A DNA stretch of 61,792 nucleotides, counting the filler, from Pirum gemmata (taxonomy: Eukaryota), in NCBI GenBank assembly GCA_002812295.1. It is 18 parts of 18 records of this genome, joined end to end, with 100 filler letters (N's around TTAATTAATTAA, not from the genome) between each part and the next. Parts side by side here need not be neighbours in the genome. Positions count along the whole stretch, not along the records: positions 6,940 to 12,547 come from PDIN01003989.1; positions 12,648 to 15,606 come from PDIN01003990.1; positions 15,707 to 18,660 come from PDIN01003991.1; positions 18,761 to 21,731 come from PDIN01003992.1; positions 21,832 to 24,791 come from PDIN01003993.1; 13 more parts are not named here. One strand, 5' to 3'. The translations under genes and the position numbers were made by a program. Below are positions 11,904-23,056 of this stretch, one piece after another; the stretch's first letter is position 1, and each line of letters opens with the position of its first letter. The notes beneath the pieces were generated by a model, which searched no databases, had not been told where the DNA came from, and worked only from the letters and a program-made list of their open reading frames with translations.

Positions 11904-12410
11904 TTAGTAATATTAAAGAGATGAACATACACATGCTTTCTGGTTCAACACAAAGTTCGTTAAGGACGTTTTCAGCATCTTTGGTAGTTTTTATGTCCAT
12001 TTTTAACCTTATATCTTGCCTTCAATTACGAATACTGTTTTGGTTTTGGTTTTAGTTTTTTTGGCTGTGGTTGTGGTTGTGGTTGTGGTTTTGTGGTTGT
12101 GATTGTGTTGTGGTGGTGGTTTTGTGGTGGTGGTGGTGGTGGTGGTGGTGGTTTTGTGGTTGTGGTTTGTGGTTTTGTGGTTGGTTTTATGGTTTTGTGG
12201 GTTTGTGGTTTTGTGGTTGTGGTTGTGGTTGTGGTTAGTAATATTTAAGAGATGAACATACACATGCTTTCTGGTTCAACACAAAGTTACAAAGTTCGGT
12301 AAGGACTTTTTCAGCATCTTTGGTAGTTTTTATGTCCGTTTTAAACCTTATAGCTTGCCTTTAGTTAAGAATACTGTTTTATCTTTAGTTTTGGTTTTGG
12401 TTTTGGTTTT
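11904..12410. repeat. ~150-bp segment duplicated in tandem around GTG/GTT microsatellites
   Basis: TTAGTAATATT.AAGAGATGAACATACACATGCTTTCTGGTTCAACACAAAGTT...AATACTGTTTT occurs at ~11904-12040 and ~12235-12380. Confidence 0.8.
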
Positions 12411-12676
12411 GGTTTTTGTGGTTGTCGTTGTGTTTGTGATTGTGGTTTTGTGGTTGCGGTTGTGATTGTGGTTGCGGTTGTGATTGTGGTTGTGATTATG
12501 ATTGTGGTTGTGATTGTGGTTGTGGTTGTGGTTGTGGTTGTGGTTGTNNNNNNNNNNNNNNNNNNNNNNNNNNNNNNNNNNNNNNNNNNNNTTAATTAAT
12601 TAANNNNNNNNNNNNNNNNNNNNNNNNNNNNNNNNNNNNNNNNNNNNAAAAAAAAAAAATTAAAAAAGATAACACA

Positions 12677-12804
12677 AACTCTGTAACGAATAATACTTTC
12701 GCATGTACATGACAATTATTATCAATAAATCAATTAAAATGATAATTTACAGAAAAATTGGATTCCAATTTTATTATTTTTATTATATTCTTAACAATAT
12801 TAAT

Positions 12805-12842
<38 letters not shown>

Positions 12843-13170
12843 CTCTGTAACGAATACTTTAATACTTTGTCAGGTACATAACTTTTTTTTTCACAATTCT
12901 TATCAATAAATCTATTAAAATAATAATTTACATAAACATTGGATTGCAATTTTATTAGTTTTATTATTCCCTAGCAATATTAACTATTATTCAATATATA
13001 TATATAACATTTTAACGCAAACCCTGTAATAATACTTTCGCAGGTATTTCGCAGGTACATAACGTTTTTGACAATTATCAATAAATCTATTAAAATAAGA
13101 ATTTACATAAAAAGTGGATTACAATTTTATTATTTTCATTTTTTCCTAACAATATTCATTATTAATTATT
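12677..13170. repeat. Three degenerate tandem copies of a ~165-bp unit
   Basis: AAACTCTGTAA..AATACTTT..CAGGTACAT..ATCAATAAATCTATTAAAAT..GGATT.CAATTTT..AACAATATT starts at ~12677, ~12841 and ~13019. Confidence 0.75.
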
Positions 13171-13548
13171 TTTTTTTTTAATGCAAAATCTGTCGCGAAT
13201 AATCCTTTCACAGGAGCATAACTTTCATTTGACTCTGAAGAATCAAGAACTACAGACCCTGGGGGTACAAGAATGTCCGTAGTTCTAAGACTGATGTATT
13301 GATTAACCAACAACGAGGAATCCAATGTTGATAACAACCCTAGCTGTGATCCTAGTTTAATAAAATGCTTAAGAGCTTGGGTATTAGCTATACTAATCCT
13401 GCTATGCTCTTCTAGATTCATCAAGTGTTCTTGTCCTGCATTGAGTGTGTGTATATTAACAATACTGTTATTATCACTATTGTTATTATAAATATTACTG
13501 CTGTCATTATCTGTAAAGGTCAGCTTAGCTGTATTGTTTATGGTACTT

Positions 13549-13601
<53 letters not shown>

Positions 13602-13604
13602 ATT

Positions 13605-13655
<51 letters not shown>

Positions 13656-13658
13656 GNG

Positions 13659-13744
<86 letters not shown>

Positions 13745-15577
13745 ATTATGCGTATTGCTAGTTCTAATACTAGTATCAATACTCCTACCGTGTCGAATTA
13801 AATATTCATACTGGTCATCACTAACAAGTTCTACTTTTCCACACCCACCAATTTCATTAACAAACTCAAGCGGTGTCTTCCCATCTAGAAGGTCTTTCTC
13901 GTTTTTTTCAATACGCTTTTTGTAGTACTTATAATACCAAAATCCAACCATAATTCCAGTCAGCAGCATCAACCCCCCCACCGTACCTACAATAATAGCT
14001 ACAGTTTCCCCCATATTTTTCCCCTTTGTTATACAAGTACCTGTCTGATCGCCGGTGTAAAGGGTCTGTCCTTTTTTTGCACAGTATTGTGCAGCTTCAG
14101 TGGCGTTATAAAGACAGGCCAAGTTGGAACTATTAAAATCATGATGAGGTATAGTTTGACAAGTAATTCTTTCTAAGGTTGTATTGTAACAAGTACCGTT
14201 TTGCAATTGAGCTGCTTGTCCATTTAAATCAATACATTGTTTTACTTGATTTATACAGTTCCCACTGGCGGTGTCAAAACGGTGATTGCTTTGGCTCGTG
14301 CAGTTTTTTTGAGCTTCGACGCAGATGTTGGTAGAAAATTGGCTGAAAGAAATTTGAGTCTGTTTGGTATTGGGAATAATACAAGCCGAAACTTCGAGTT
14401 GGATTTCGTTGTAGGTAGAATTGGTGTTGCTAGAGGCATTGTAAAAAGCTAAACTTCCTTCCGAGCAGCAATTAGGAAAAGTTATAAAAATCGAACTAAC
14501 ATTCCCATTTGAATCGTATGTTATGGGCTGAGTAGAAATATATTCACTATACACTAACATACTTTGTGGTACGCTAGAGCTTTGTGTTAAAGGATTATTC
14601 ATATAACCGAAATTCAAAGGGATGGTTCGGTTGTCAAAAACTGCATTTAAAGCATCAGGAATCTGTTCTAGTAAATTATCACTTAAATCTAATGCAGTTA
14701 GACCTGGTAAATTATCAAATGTTTCATTGTTTATTGCAGTTAACCAATTATAATTAAATCTAAGCTCTTTTAAGCTTTCCATGGTACCATGCTGATCCAT
14801 TAAAGTAGTATTGGGTAATATGTAGATGTCATTATTGAATAAATCAAGGATTTCCAGATTAGGTAAAGACACATTTGCAAATGAGGGGGCGATACGAATA
14901 TTACTAGAGCTTAAATCTAAGCTCACCAGCTTTGGTAAATCAAATACGGAAGCAGTAATATTTTCACCTTTGCTTAATGCAGAGGTTGAAGAAAGTATTA
15001 AGTGTTCTAAATTGGATAACCCATACAGTACATCTGTTGTTTCGAATACTAACAACGAGTTGGATTGCAATGAAAGAAGTGTTAGACTACTCAAACTGTG
15101 AAAAATGTTATTTTCTCTAGGGGCAATGGTATCTTGGGGATAGGGTAATAGACTAACAATTCTATTATCTGTTAAGAGCAAATCTGTTAAATTTTCTAAG
15201 CCACTAAAACTGTGAGTATATAAATTTACTAAAGCTCCCCCAGAAAAGTTCAAGGTTTTTAAATTGCTAAAGCCTTCAAATGCATAATTTTCAATAGTGG
15301 TAAAAAGTAAAGGCTCTCGGTCAACATATTGATCACAATACAAATGAGTGCATGTTAAAGCCTTATTTGCATTTCTATTAATTTCAGCCTTTCGAGTAAG
15401 CATTTGTGAGGGGTGGCTTTCGTTTACCCCGCTTTTTTTAAAACTGACTTTAAAAAAATCAGAACAATCGCAAACCACTTCGCCATCATTAGTGTTTTGT
15501 GAAGACGACCCCAGTGAACTTACTCGATTCGCACATAATAAATATGCCAACAACAAAATTATGCAGTATACTTCCAT
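13146..15577 (-). CDS. LRR single-pass transmembrane receptor-like protein
   Basis: Signal peptide, typical LxxLxLxxNxL repeats, a Cys-rich stalk and TM VAIIVGTVGGLMLLTGIMVGFW followed by KYYKKR. The single n at 13657 inside the (AAC)n run shifts the frame. In the poly-Asn frame the sequence continues openly (KSTINNTAKL...QEHLMNLEEH) into ORF 13146..13424. Confidence 0.8.
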
Positions 15578-15998
15578 AACATTTAATTTATTATTATTAT
15601 TATTATNNNNNNNNNNNNNNNNNNNNNNNNNNNNNNNNNNNNNNNNNNNNTTAATTAATTAANNNNNNNNNNNNNNNNNNNNNNNNNNNNNNNNNNNNNN
15701 NNNNNNTATGTATTGATTTAAAAATACCAATTTAAAGATTATAACCCTCCAAATAAATATTCAGAGTGAAAAAATAAATGAAAAGTATTAATACGATAAT
15801 TTTTATTTTGGGTTTTTGGCCGAGTAGACTATTTATTGTAAAAATATAATATCAATATTAGTTATTATTTATTATTAGCTATAGTATTAATGTTATATTA
15901 ATATTATTAATTTTTATTAATTATTAATTAACATTATATTAATTAATATATAAAATCCAATATTTATTGTAAAATTACACCATCTATCATAATTATAA

Positions 15999-18223
15999 TT
16001 ATTTTAATTTATAACACTTAGTATTTGGTTTCTTTGATTGTACACCACTTTCACTTTTAAACCAACATGTTCCGGCCCCATCGTAGCGATTCCATGAGAA
16101 TTTCACACAGCCCGTCTTTTGCTTACACAATGCTATGCAATCTTTTATATCGCCCACATTTCCGGTGGAGCCAATATCTCCACCGGTATAATCACAATCT
16201 TGAATAACTTTACCATCAACATCGACATCTTCATCTTCACAGATATCCAGCTTACTGGATGGTTGGGAGCAGGAAGTGATATGGTTAGAATCTGTATTTT
16301 TTAATACTGCAGAATCTGCTTTAAAAAAGCACAAACCATTCCACCAGCTTACTTTGCTACATTTTCCAGAACTATGTTTCGAGCATTTGTCAATGCAATC
16401 TTTTGGTGACCCAGAAGCAGGGACTCCACTACCCTCAAGATTTTCACCTTCCCAATCACAACCTTTTTTCATTTCTTGATTATCTTTATCAATAGGGTTC
16501 AGAACAGGTTTAGCAGGTTCAGCACTAGTACTAGGCTCAGCACTAGCACTAGGTTCAGCACTAGCACTAGGTTCAGCACTAGCACTAGGTTCAGCACTAG
16601 CACTAGCATCAACAGTTACAACAGGTTTAGTTTCTTTAGTGGCAGTGGTAGAGGTGGTGTTAGGTTCAGCATTAATACTATCCTCAACAGTTACAACAGG
16701 TTTAACTTTAGGTTCTTCAGTGGTAGTGGTAGAGGTGGTGGTAGAGGTAGCACATACAGGCAAAGGGCAATCTTGTTTGTGACCTTTACCGTTTAAAAAT
16801 TTTTGCCATTCAAAATCATGGCTATAAAGGGTAATACCTTTATAGCTATCTGGTTCACTATAAAAACCAATACCCTTAGCATATTTGGCGTGCGGCATAC
16901 AACTAGAAATCATGACAAAACTTTTACATTCTGATGTTTCTTCATGCGTAATAACAGGTGGGGCCGGTTTCGCAATTTCAGTAAATACTTTAGTTCCTTT
17001 AGGATGAGTACCGATAACATTAGGATGGCCTGGTAGATTGAAGTATTGTGTTTTAATTGATTGACCATGATTAGCGTACAAATGACTATCTGGATCGATC
17101 GCTTTTTTTGGTTCGCATGAAGTATCGACACTTTTGGTCACCAAATGTGGGCAAGGTTTGTATTTGCCGTCAGGTTCCTTACCACAATCTCTAACAGTGT
17201 CTTCTAAAACTTTCTCGTCCCAACCATTTAAGAAATCTGCATGCCAACCATAACCAGTAGGATCACCGTTTGAGAGTACTAGCTCCGCGTCCGGGTGAGG
17301 TTTGTCTTTTATAAGATAATTGGTTTCATAAAATAGTGTAGGGATTTTTTGAGGATGAGTGGAAGGACAGTCTCCACTGATACCATTGTAAGATTTAGGA
17401 TAAACCACGTGTGAATTATCAGCAGCGTATAATGTTCCATTTATGCAACTTGGAAAATGTATTTCGATTCTCATCAGCCCACATTCATCTGCTTCTTTAC
17501 CTTGGGGTAAGTATTTGGTTGCCTTTCCGGATTTAATACAATTGTATTGAATGGTTCTATGTTTAATATTATATTCATCGTAATGTCGTCGGTTTTTATC
17601 GCCGGCTATCATTCTAAATCCTTTGGGTATAGTTACTTCTTTGTTGTACATTTTGTAGTAAACAATGTGCCGGCGTACGTGGGTTTCAAGTGGTGTGTAT
17701 ACTACTTTGCCTTCGCTATTTTTATGAGCATAGTATAATGAAGGCACCCTAATTAGTTAAAATTTTAATATAAAATAATAAAAGTAAATTAATAAAATTG
17801 ATTGTTTTGATTGTTTAAATTTCTTATTTGTTATTAGTTATAACATTATCATTGTTAATTTATAATTATTATTATTACAATACATTATTTTAAAACAAAA
17901 AAACAACATAAAAACGAAAAAACAATTTGGAAAAAAACAATAATAAAAAAAACAATATTTTAATAATATGATTATTATTACCAATAATTAGATTTGTCTG
18001 CTACCAAATCACATGATGTACATTCGGATGCAATTGCGTCTTCTGCAGTCATTGTAGCCTTAAAACCACTACCACCAGCAATGAGATGCTCATGACCAGA
18101 TGATCCCCCTGGTGAAACAATAGGGTCAAGTCTAGATTTCATGGTAAATCCACAGTTGACTGTGAACATAGCTTTGGCATTTGCAATGACCAATCCTGCA
18201 ATTAAAGTTGATTGAAAAAACAT
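15999..18223 (-). CDS. Secreted DUF1996 protein with S/T/P linker and two C-terminal PAN/apple (PAN_4-like) modules; 2 exons (18223-17982, 17748-15999)
   Basis: RLDPIVSPG..SGHEH, CTSC...DKSNYW|VPSLY, FPSC, CPSTHP, GDPTGYGWHADFLNGWD are DUF1996 hallmarks. GT-AG intron 17981-17749 joins TG|G (Trp) in frame. (SAEPSA)n linker, then CDWEGENL and CDYTGGDI modules. Confidence 0.9.
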
Positions 18224-19682
18224 TTTGTTTAATTAATATGTTTATTGTTTATTGTTTTATTGTTTTATTGTTATTGTTATTGTTATTGTTATTAATATTG
18301 TTATTGAGTTTTATTGTTACTGTTAGTTATTATTTTAATTATTGTTAATTTTAAAAAAACCAAACTTTTTTTTTTAGAAAATTTATTATTATTTTTATTT
18401 CAGATTTTTTTTAATTTTATTTTTTCCAAAGTTATTTTTTTTTTTTTCTTTTTATACGATTTTTAACTGGCGACGTGGTCAACTTTTTTCACTAATAATT
18501 TTTTAAAAAAAAAAGTTCCACTTTTTTGTTTCAAAATATCAACACTACTTATATTCGAAAACTGAAAGTTCTGGTTGAAACGCAAAAGTCAGAGATGTCT
18601 TGAGCAGTAAAATATTGAATCTTATATTTCTCTTTTATTCCTCTTTTTTGGCTTTTTTGGNNNNNNNNNNNNNNNNNNNNNNNNNNNNNNNNNNNNNNNN
18701 NNNNTTAATTAATTAANNNNNNNNNNNNNNNNNNNNNNNNNNNNNNNNNNNNNNNNNNNNATTGGATAGAACAAAAGGAGAAAAAAGAAAAAAAAAAAAA
18801 AAAAAATTTCAAAAAAAAAGTACAAAATGGGTGAGTACAAAAATACCAAGAAGGCCAAAAAACCAAAGTGCCAAACTACCCTTCCCTCTCCCCTACCTAC
18901 CCTAAAAAATGGATAAAAAAGGCATTTGAACTTTGGGCCGCGAGTAAATTTACTGTTTAGTTAATCTACCCCTTACAAAATTTTGACCTAAAATACTACT
19001 TTTTTTAGTTTTTTTTCTAGACTATCAGCTTTTTCTGGTTTTTTTTCCTAGGTTTTTTTTTTTCAAGGTTTTTTTTTCAGTTTTTCAGTTTTTTTTTCCT
19101 TTTTTTAGCAGTGCTACAGAGAGTAGACTAATAGGGTTAGTTAGGGATCATTTAGTTAGGGTTAGAGGGTTAGGGAGGGGTTAGACCGTTAGAGACTCCG
19201 AGAGAGCAGTAGTTTCGTTTTTTTTTTTTTTTTTATGATAGGTCTAATGATCATACTTAGCATCGCTATCGGTGAGTTATCGGTGATAGATAATGGTATC
19301 AGATATCCATCGATAGTCTAAAGGAGCTCTCCCAAAAATTCTGATGCCTTTCCGAAGATTATAACTTTCGGGAAGTTTTTTTCGTTAATTAATTTTCGCA
19401 TAATTCGAATTCTTTTTTTAATTTCGAATCTAAAATAAATACCTATGATCGATATTAAAATTAATCAAAATGATTTTTTTCAATTTTTTCACTTTTTAAT
19501 TTTTTTTTTTTTTATATCATATTAATTTTGGTATTTTATATTTTGTATTTTGTATTTTGTATTTTGTATTTTGTATTTTGTATTTTGTTTGAATGTTATA
19601 TTTTATATTAAATTTTTATCTTTGCTGATCTGTGTTCTGTTATTTTATCTTTCTGTGAAAATGGGTGTAAAAGGTTTGCTAA

Positions 19683-21091
19683 ATGTTCCTTTTCCAGGCC
19701 GTTTACTGTCCTGAGAGACAGTGCTTTGTGTCTTTCTCGGAATGTCTACGTCCTGATGAATTAGACAAAAGAAACATGTCAAGGTTTGAATCAAATAATA
19801 TTTTCTTAAAATACGACGGCTATAGCAATGAACATTCTCCTTGGAAAGCACATGAATTAGCTAATGGTACTATTCAATTAATTGTCTACTTATTACTGTT
19901 GATATTACTATTATATAAATAAAAACTATTTAATTATTGTTGGTGTTACTATTATATTAATAAAAATTATTTAAAATACTAGTACTAGGTTATTTAGATT
20001 TTTCTCAAGGCAAAGCTAATATTGATAAAGAGAGCCCCCCCAATGTAACTTTGGCCCTGCTATTAAACACATGGATTATATATATAATATAGAATTAAAA
20101 AGAATATGCAGCATGACAACAAAAAAAGAACAGTGGGCAAAGATAAAGGAACTTTCCAAAAGGTATGATATTCCCATTCCAGCAGAGGTTAGTGACATAA
20201 AAGGCATAATTGATTATTTCGAGACTTGTATTGAGAATAGGAAAGTAGTAAGCTCTTCTGATATTACAGTAGAAAATAAAGATGAAGTGCATAGGGAAGC
20301 TGTACAAAGACAAAAAATTGTTAATGATATAATTTGCAAAAACATGAATAAATTCGTTGCATACGATCAAAATATAGTAATTAGTGAAAAAATAAATGTT
20401 GAAGAACATTTAATAGAGCAATACTTTCAATTAGCTCATGGGTACAGTAGTACTAAGAATGAGAGACTGGAAGCTTTTAGGAGAAGAGTAGATATTAAAT
20501 ATTTAAAACAAGACGGTACATGGGTATTTTATTGTAGTGTTGAACGGTCTCAGATTTTGAAACCAAAAATAGTGGTAATTACAATTTATGGGGAAAGTAG
20601 TTAAAAATAAGAACAATTAAAAAGTAATTAAAGCAGAAACAATAAAACAGGCGGAATGTTTAATACCGCAAACGGTTCCCAAGCAATACAAAATATGCAA
20701 GTTGCATAACAGTTGTATGCACGTAAGAGCAGCACTATACAGATTATGGGAAATTGGTTCACGCTGCTCCACGGATGAGGATATGATGTGGAGAAAGTTC
20801 GCTCATGGAAACGTAACAAGTAATGCTAATGTGCCCGCCGAAGATATAATTGCAACCTTTCCAGCTGGTTATCACAAAGACATTGATGCAGCTAACTTAC
20901 AAGCTATGTATGACCCATATGCGTTTCAGGAATGTCCAAAAGAAATTGATTTATCGCAACCTTCTGCTGTACGCGATAAACTCACTCTTTACAGAGATAA
21001 GAAGCTATCGTTTCTTCCTGAACAGCAGAGACATAGAGGTCTTAAGATAGATATTTTGTATACAGTCGATAGTAAAGGGGAAAAAGTTTAA
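19683..21091 (+). CDS. Transposon accessory gene with SWIM-like zinc finger (multi-exon, probably one frameshift)
   Basis: Three ORF pieces. A 37-nt GT..AG intron (20597-20633) joins 20071..20596 in frame to AEC...ICK..SCMHVRAALYRL...RCSTDEDMMWRK, the C-H-V-x-A-x-L and CT..W pattern of ISL2EU second proteins. Apparent frameshift near the C-run at 20035-20041. Confidence 0.55.
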
Positions 21092-21193
21092 TAAATTCAA
21101 TATTTATTTATTTATTGAGGTCTTAAAAGATAAATCAAATTTTTCTATTTAACTCTTTTACAAATTTCATTTATTGAGGACTTAAAAGATAAA

Positions 21194-21730
21194 TCAAATT
21201 TCTCTATTTAATTCATTTACAAATTTCATTACGTAGGACTGATCATTATTATTAAAGTCTTCCATAGGTTCCTGGTGTAAATCCGTAATTGGATATTTTA
21301 AATTTACTAACCCCCGTATACATTGAGCTTCTTTGTTGGCTAAGGGGATATCACTAATAGGAATGGTTCCATTACCCCAACTCCACGCTGCATAATTTTG
21401 GAGCTCTTCGTTGTTTCGCTCTATATTTATTCTATCTCTCGCAGTGCCTGCATCTTTTAAAGTTTTCTCTCTAGAAAATGCTATTTGGTTATTTTCTTTT
21501 TTCTTTGGTATTATACAATGAATATTATTAATTTCCAATTCATACCTATCCGTTAAACCTTTGTCGTAAATGTATACCATTTTGTCTTCAGGGTCTTCAC
21601 ATACATTGGCTATTTTCTCCCCCAGTCTCTCATAAGAGTGAATACCATTATCTGTTGCATGGCCGCAATATGATCGTGATATGAATGCAATGTAACTGTT
21701 GCCACAATTCACAGTTACGTATTTCAGAGT
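21194..21730 (-). mobile_element. DDE_Tnp_4 transposase C-terminal half, ISL2EU/PIF-Harbinger (PHIS) type; truncated by contig end
   Basis: TLKYV..IAFISRSYCGHATD...YDKGL...IIP...FSRE...TARDRINIERN...IP...GLVNLKYPI parallels the ISL2EU pattern FiS..ygG..sD / aDkG / iA..RihvER. Confidence 0.8.
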
Positions 21731-21845
21731 GNNNNNNNNNNNNNNNNNNNNNNNNNNNNNNNNNNNNNNNNNNNNTTAATTAATTAANNNNNNNNNNNNN
21801 NNNNNNNNNNNNNNNNNNNNNNNNNNNNNNNTAGTAGTAGTATAT

Positions 21846-21899
<54 letters not shown>

Positions 21900-21939
21900 C
21901 AGTAGTAGTAGTAGTAGTAGTAGTAGTAGGTAGTAGTAG

Positions 21940-22002
<63 letters not shown>

Positions 22003-22073
22003 CTAGTACTAGCTAGTACTAGTAAGTACTAGTAGTAGTACTAGTAGTACTAGTAGTGATGGTGGTGGTAGTA

Positions 22074-22117
<44 letters not shown>

Positions 22118-22364
22118 TGCTCTTTGTGTGAGTATTTCTGAGTGTAATCTTTTTACTTTGTTTTGTTTTGCCTGAATATAGGAATGGAGTTAAATACTTG
22201 ATACATGGACACCATACGTTAAATGAATCCAGTCAAACCGTACCAAACAAAGTTGTAGATGTTTATTTGTTATTAGTAAGACTTCCACAAGTTACAACAG
22301 ATTTACTAATGCTGGCTCATATTCCCCTAAGTGATGGTAATTGTTTGGTTTTTGTTTTTTTTAA

Positions 22365-22608
22365 CTGGGAGATACAGGAAACATAATCGAATCAAACAGC
22401 TCGATCTTAATTATTAAATAGTGACAACTTTGAAATTTGGAAATGATATTCTTTTTTTTTTAGAGTTTTAAGTTTTTTCTATGAAATTTCTAAGAATTTT
22501 TAAGAATTTTTTGATTAAATCAAAATTAATCAATACTTAAAATTAGATCGAAAAATTTCGAAAATTTCGAACTAACCTCGATTCGATGTTTTTTCCTACA
22601 TCTCCTGG
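22365..22608. mobile_element. MITE family B (~245 bp)
   Basis: Imperfect TIR GGAGATACAGGAAA..ATCGAATC / GATTCGAT..TTTCCTACATCTCC. A second copy with the same interior lies at ~24057-24304. Confidence 0.7.
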
Positions 22609-22770
22609 GTTAGTGGTTAGGGTTTAAGTGTAAGGATTAGCGTTAGGATTAGGGCTAGGATCACGGTTACGGTTATGGTTACGGTTAGGGTCGCGGTTAG
22701 GGTTAGGGGTATGTAAGGTTAGGGTTTGGGTTAGGGTTAGAGCTAGGGTTAGGGCTAGGGTTAGGGTTAT
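22608..22770. repeat. Degenerate TTAGGG-like interstitial repeat
   Basis: GGGTTA variants. Similar tracts at ~19133-19183, ~25590-25940, ~57870-57926, ~59240-59460 and ~60345-60830. Confidence 0.8.
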
Positions 22771-22930
22771 CGTTGGTGTTGGTGTTGGCGTTGACGTCTT
22801 TTTTTTGTTTGTCGCCACAATTTCTGTATACTGAAATTGATGTTAAAGTACATACCTACCACATAACTACGTTATTGACTGGTTGTAGCATTGCTATTAC
22901 TACTACTACTACTACTAACACTACTACTAA

Positions 22931-22964
<34 letters not shown>

Positions 22965-23011
22965 GCCACTACTACTACTACTACTACTACTACCACTACT
23001 ACCACTACTAA

Positions 23012-23056
<45 letters not shown>

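Noticed and set aside
11258..12263. Poly-T/V/C/Q/N ORFs here and at 13425-13925, 43781-44194, 48978-49375, 51136-52863, 58508-58819, 59259-59468 and 60353-60778
   Set aside because: These are translations of microsatellites with no coding signal.
19661..19714. MGVKGL start resembling the XPG/FEN1 N-terminus
   Set aside because: The frame closes after 17 codons and no further XPG motifs follow.
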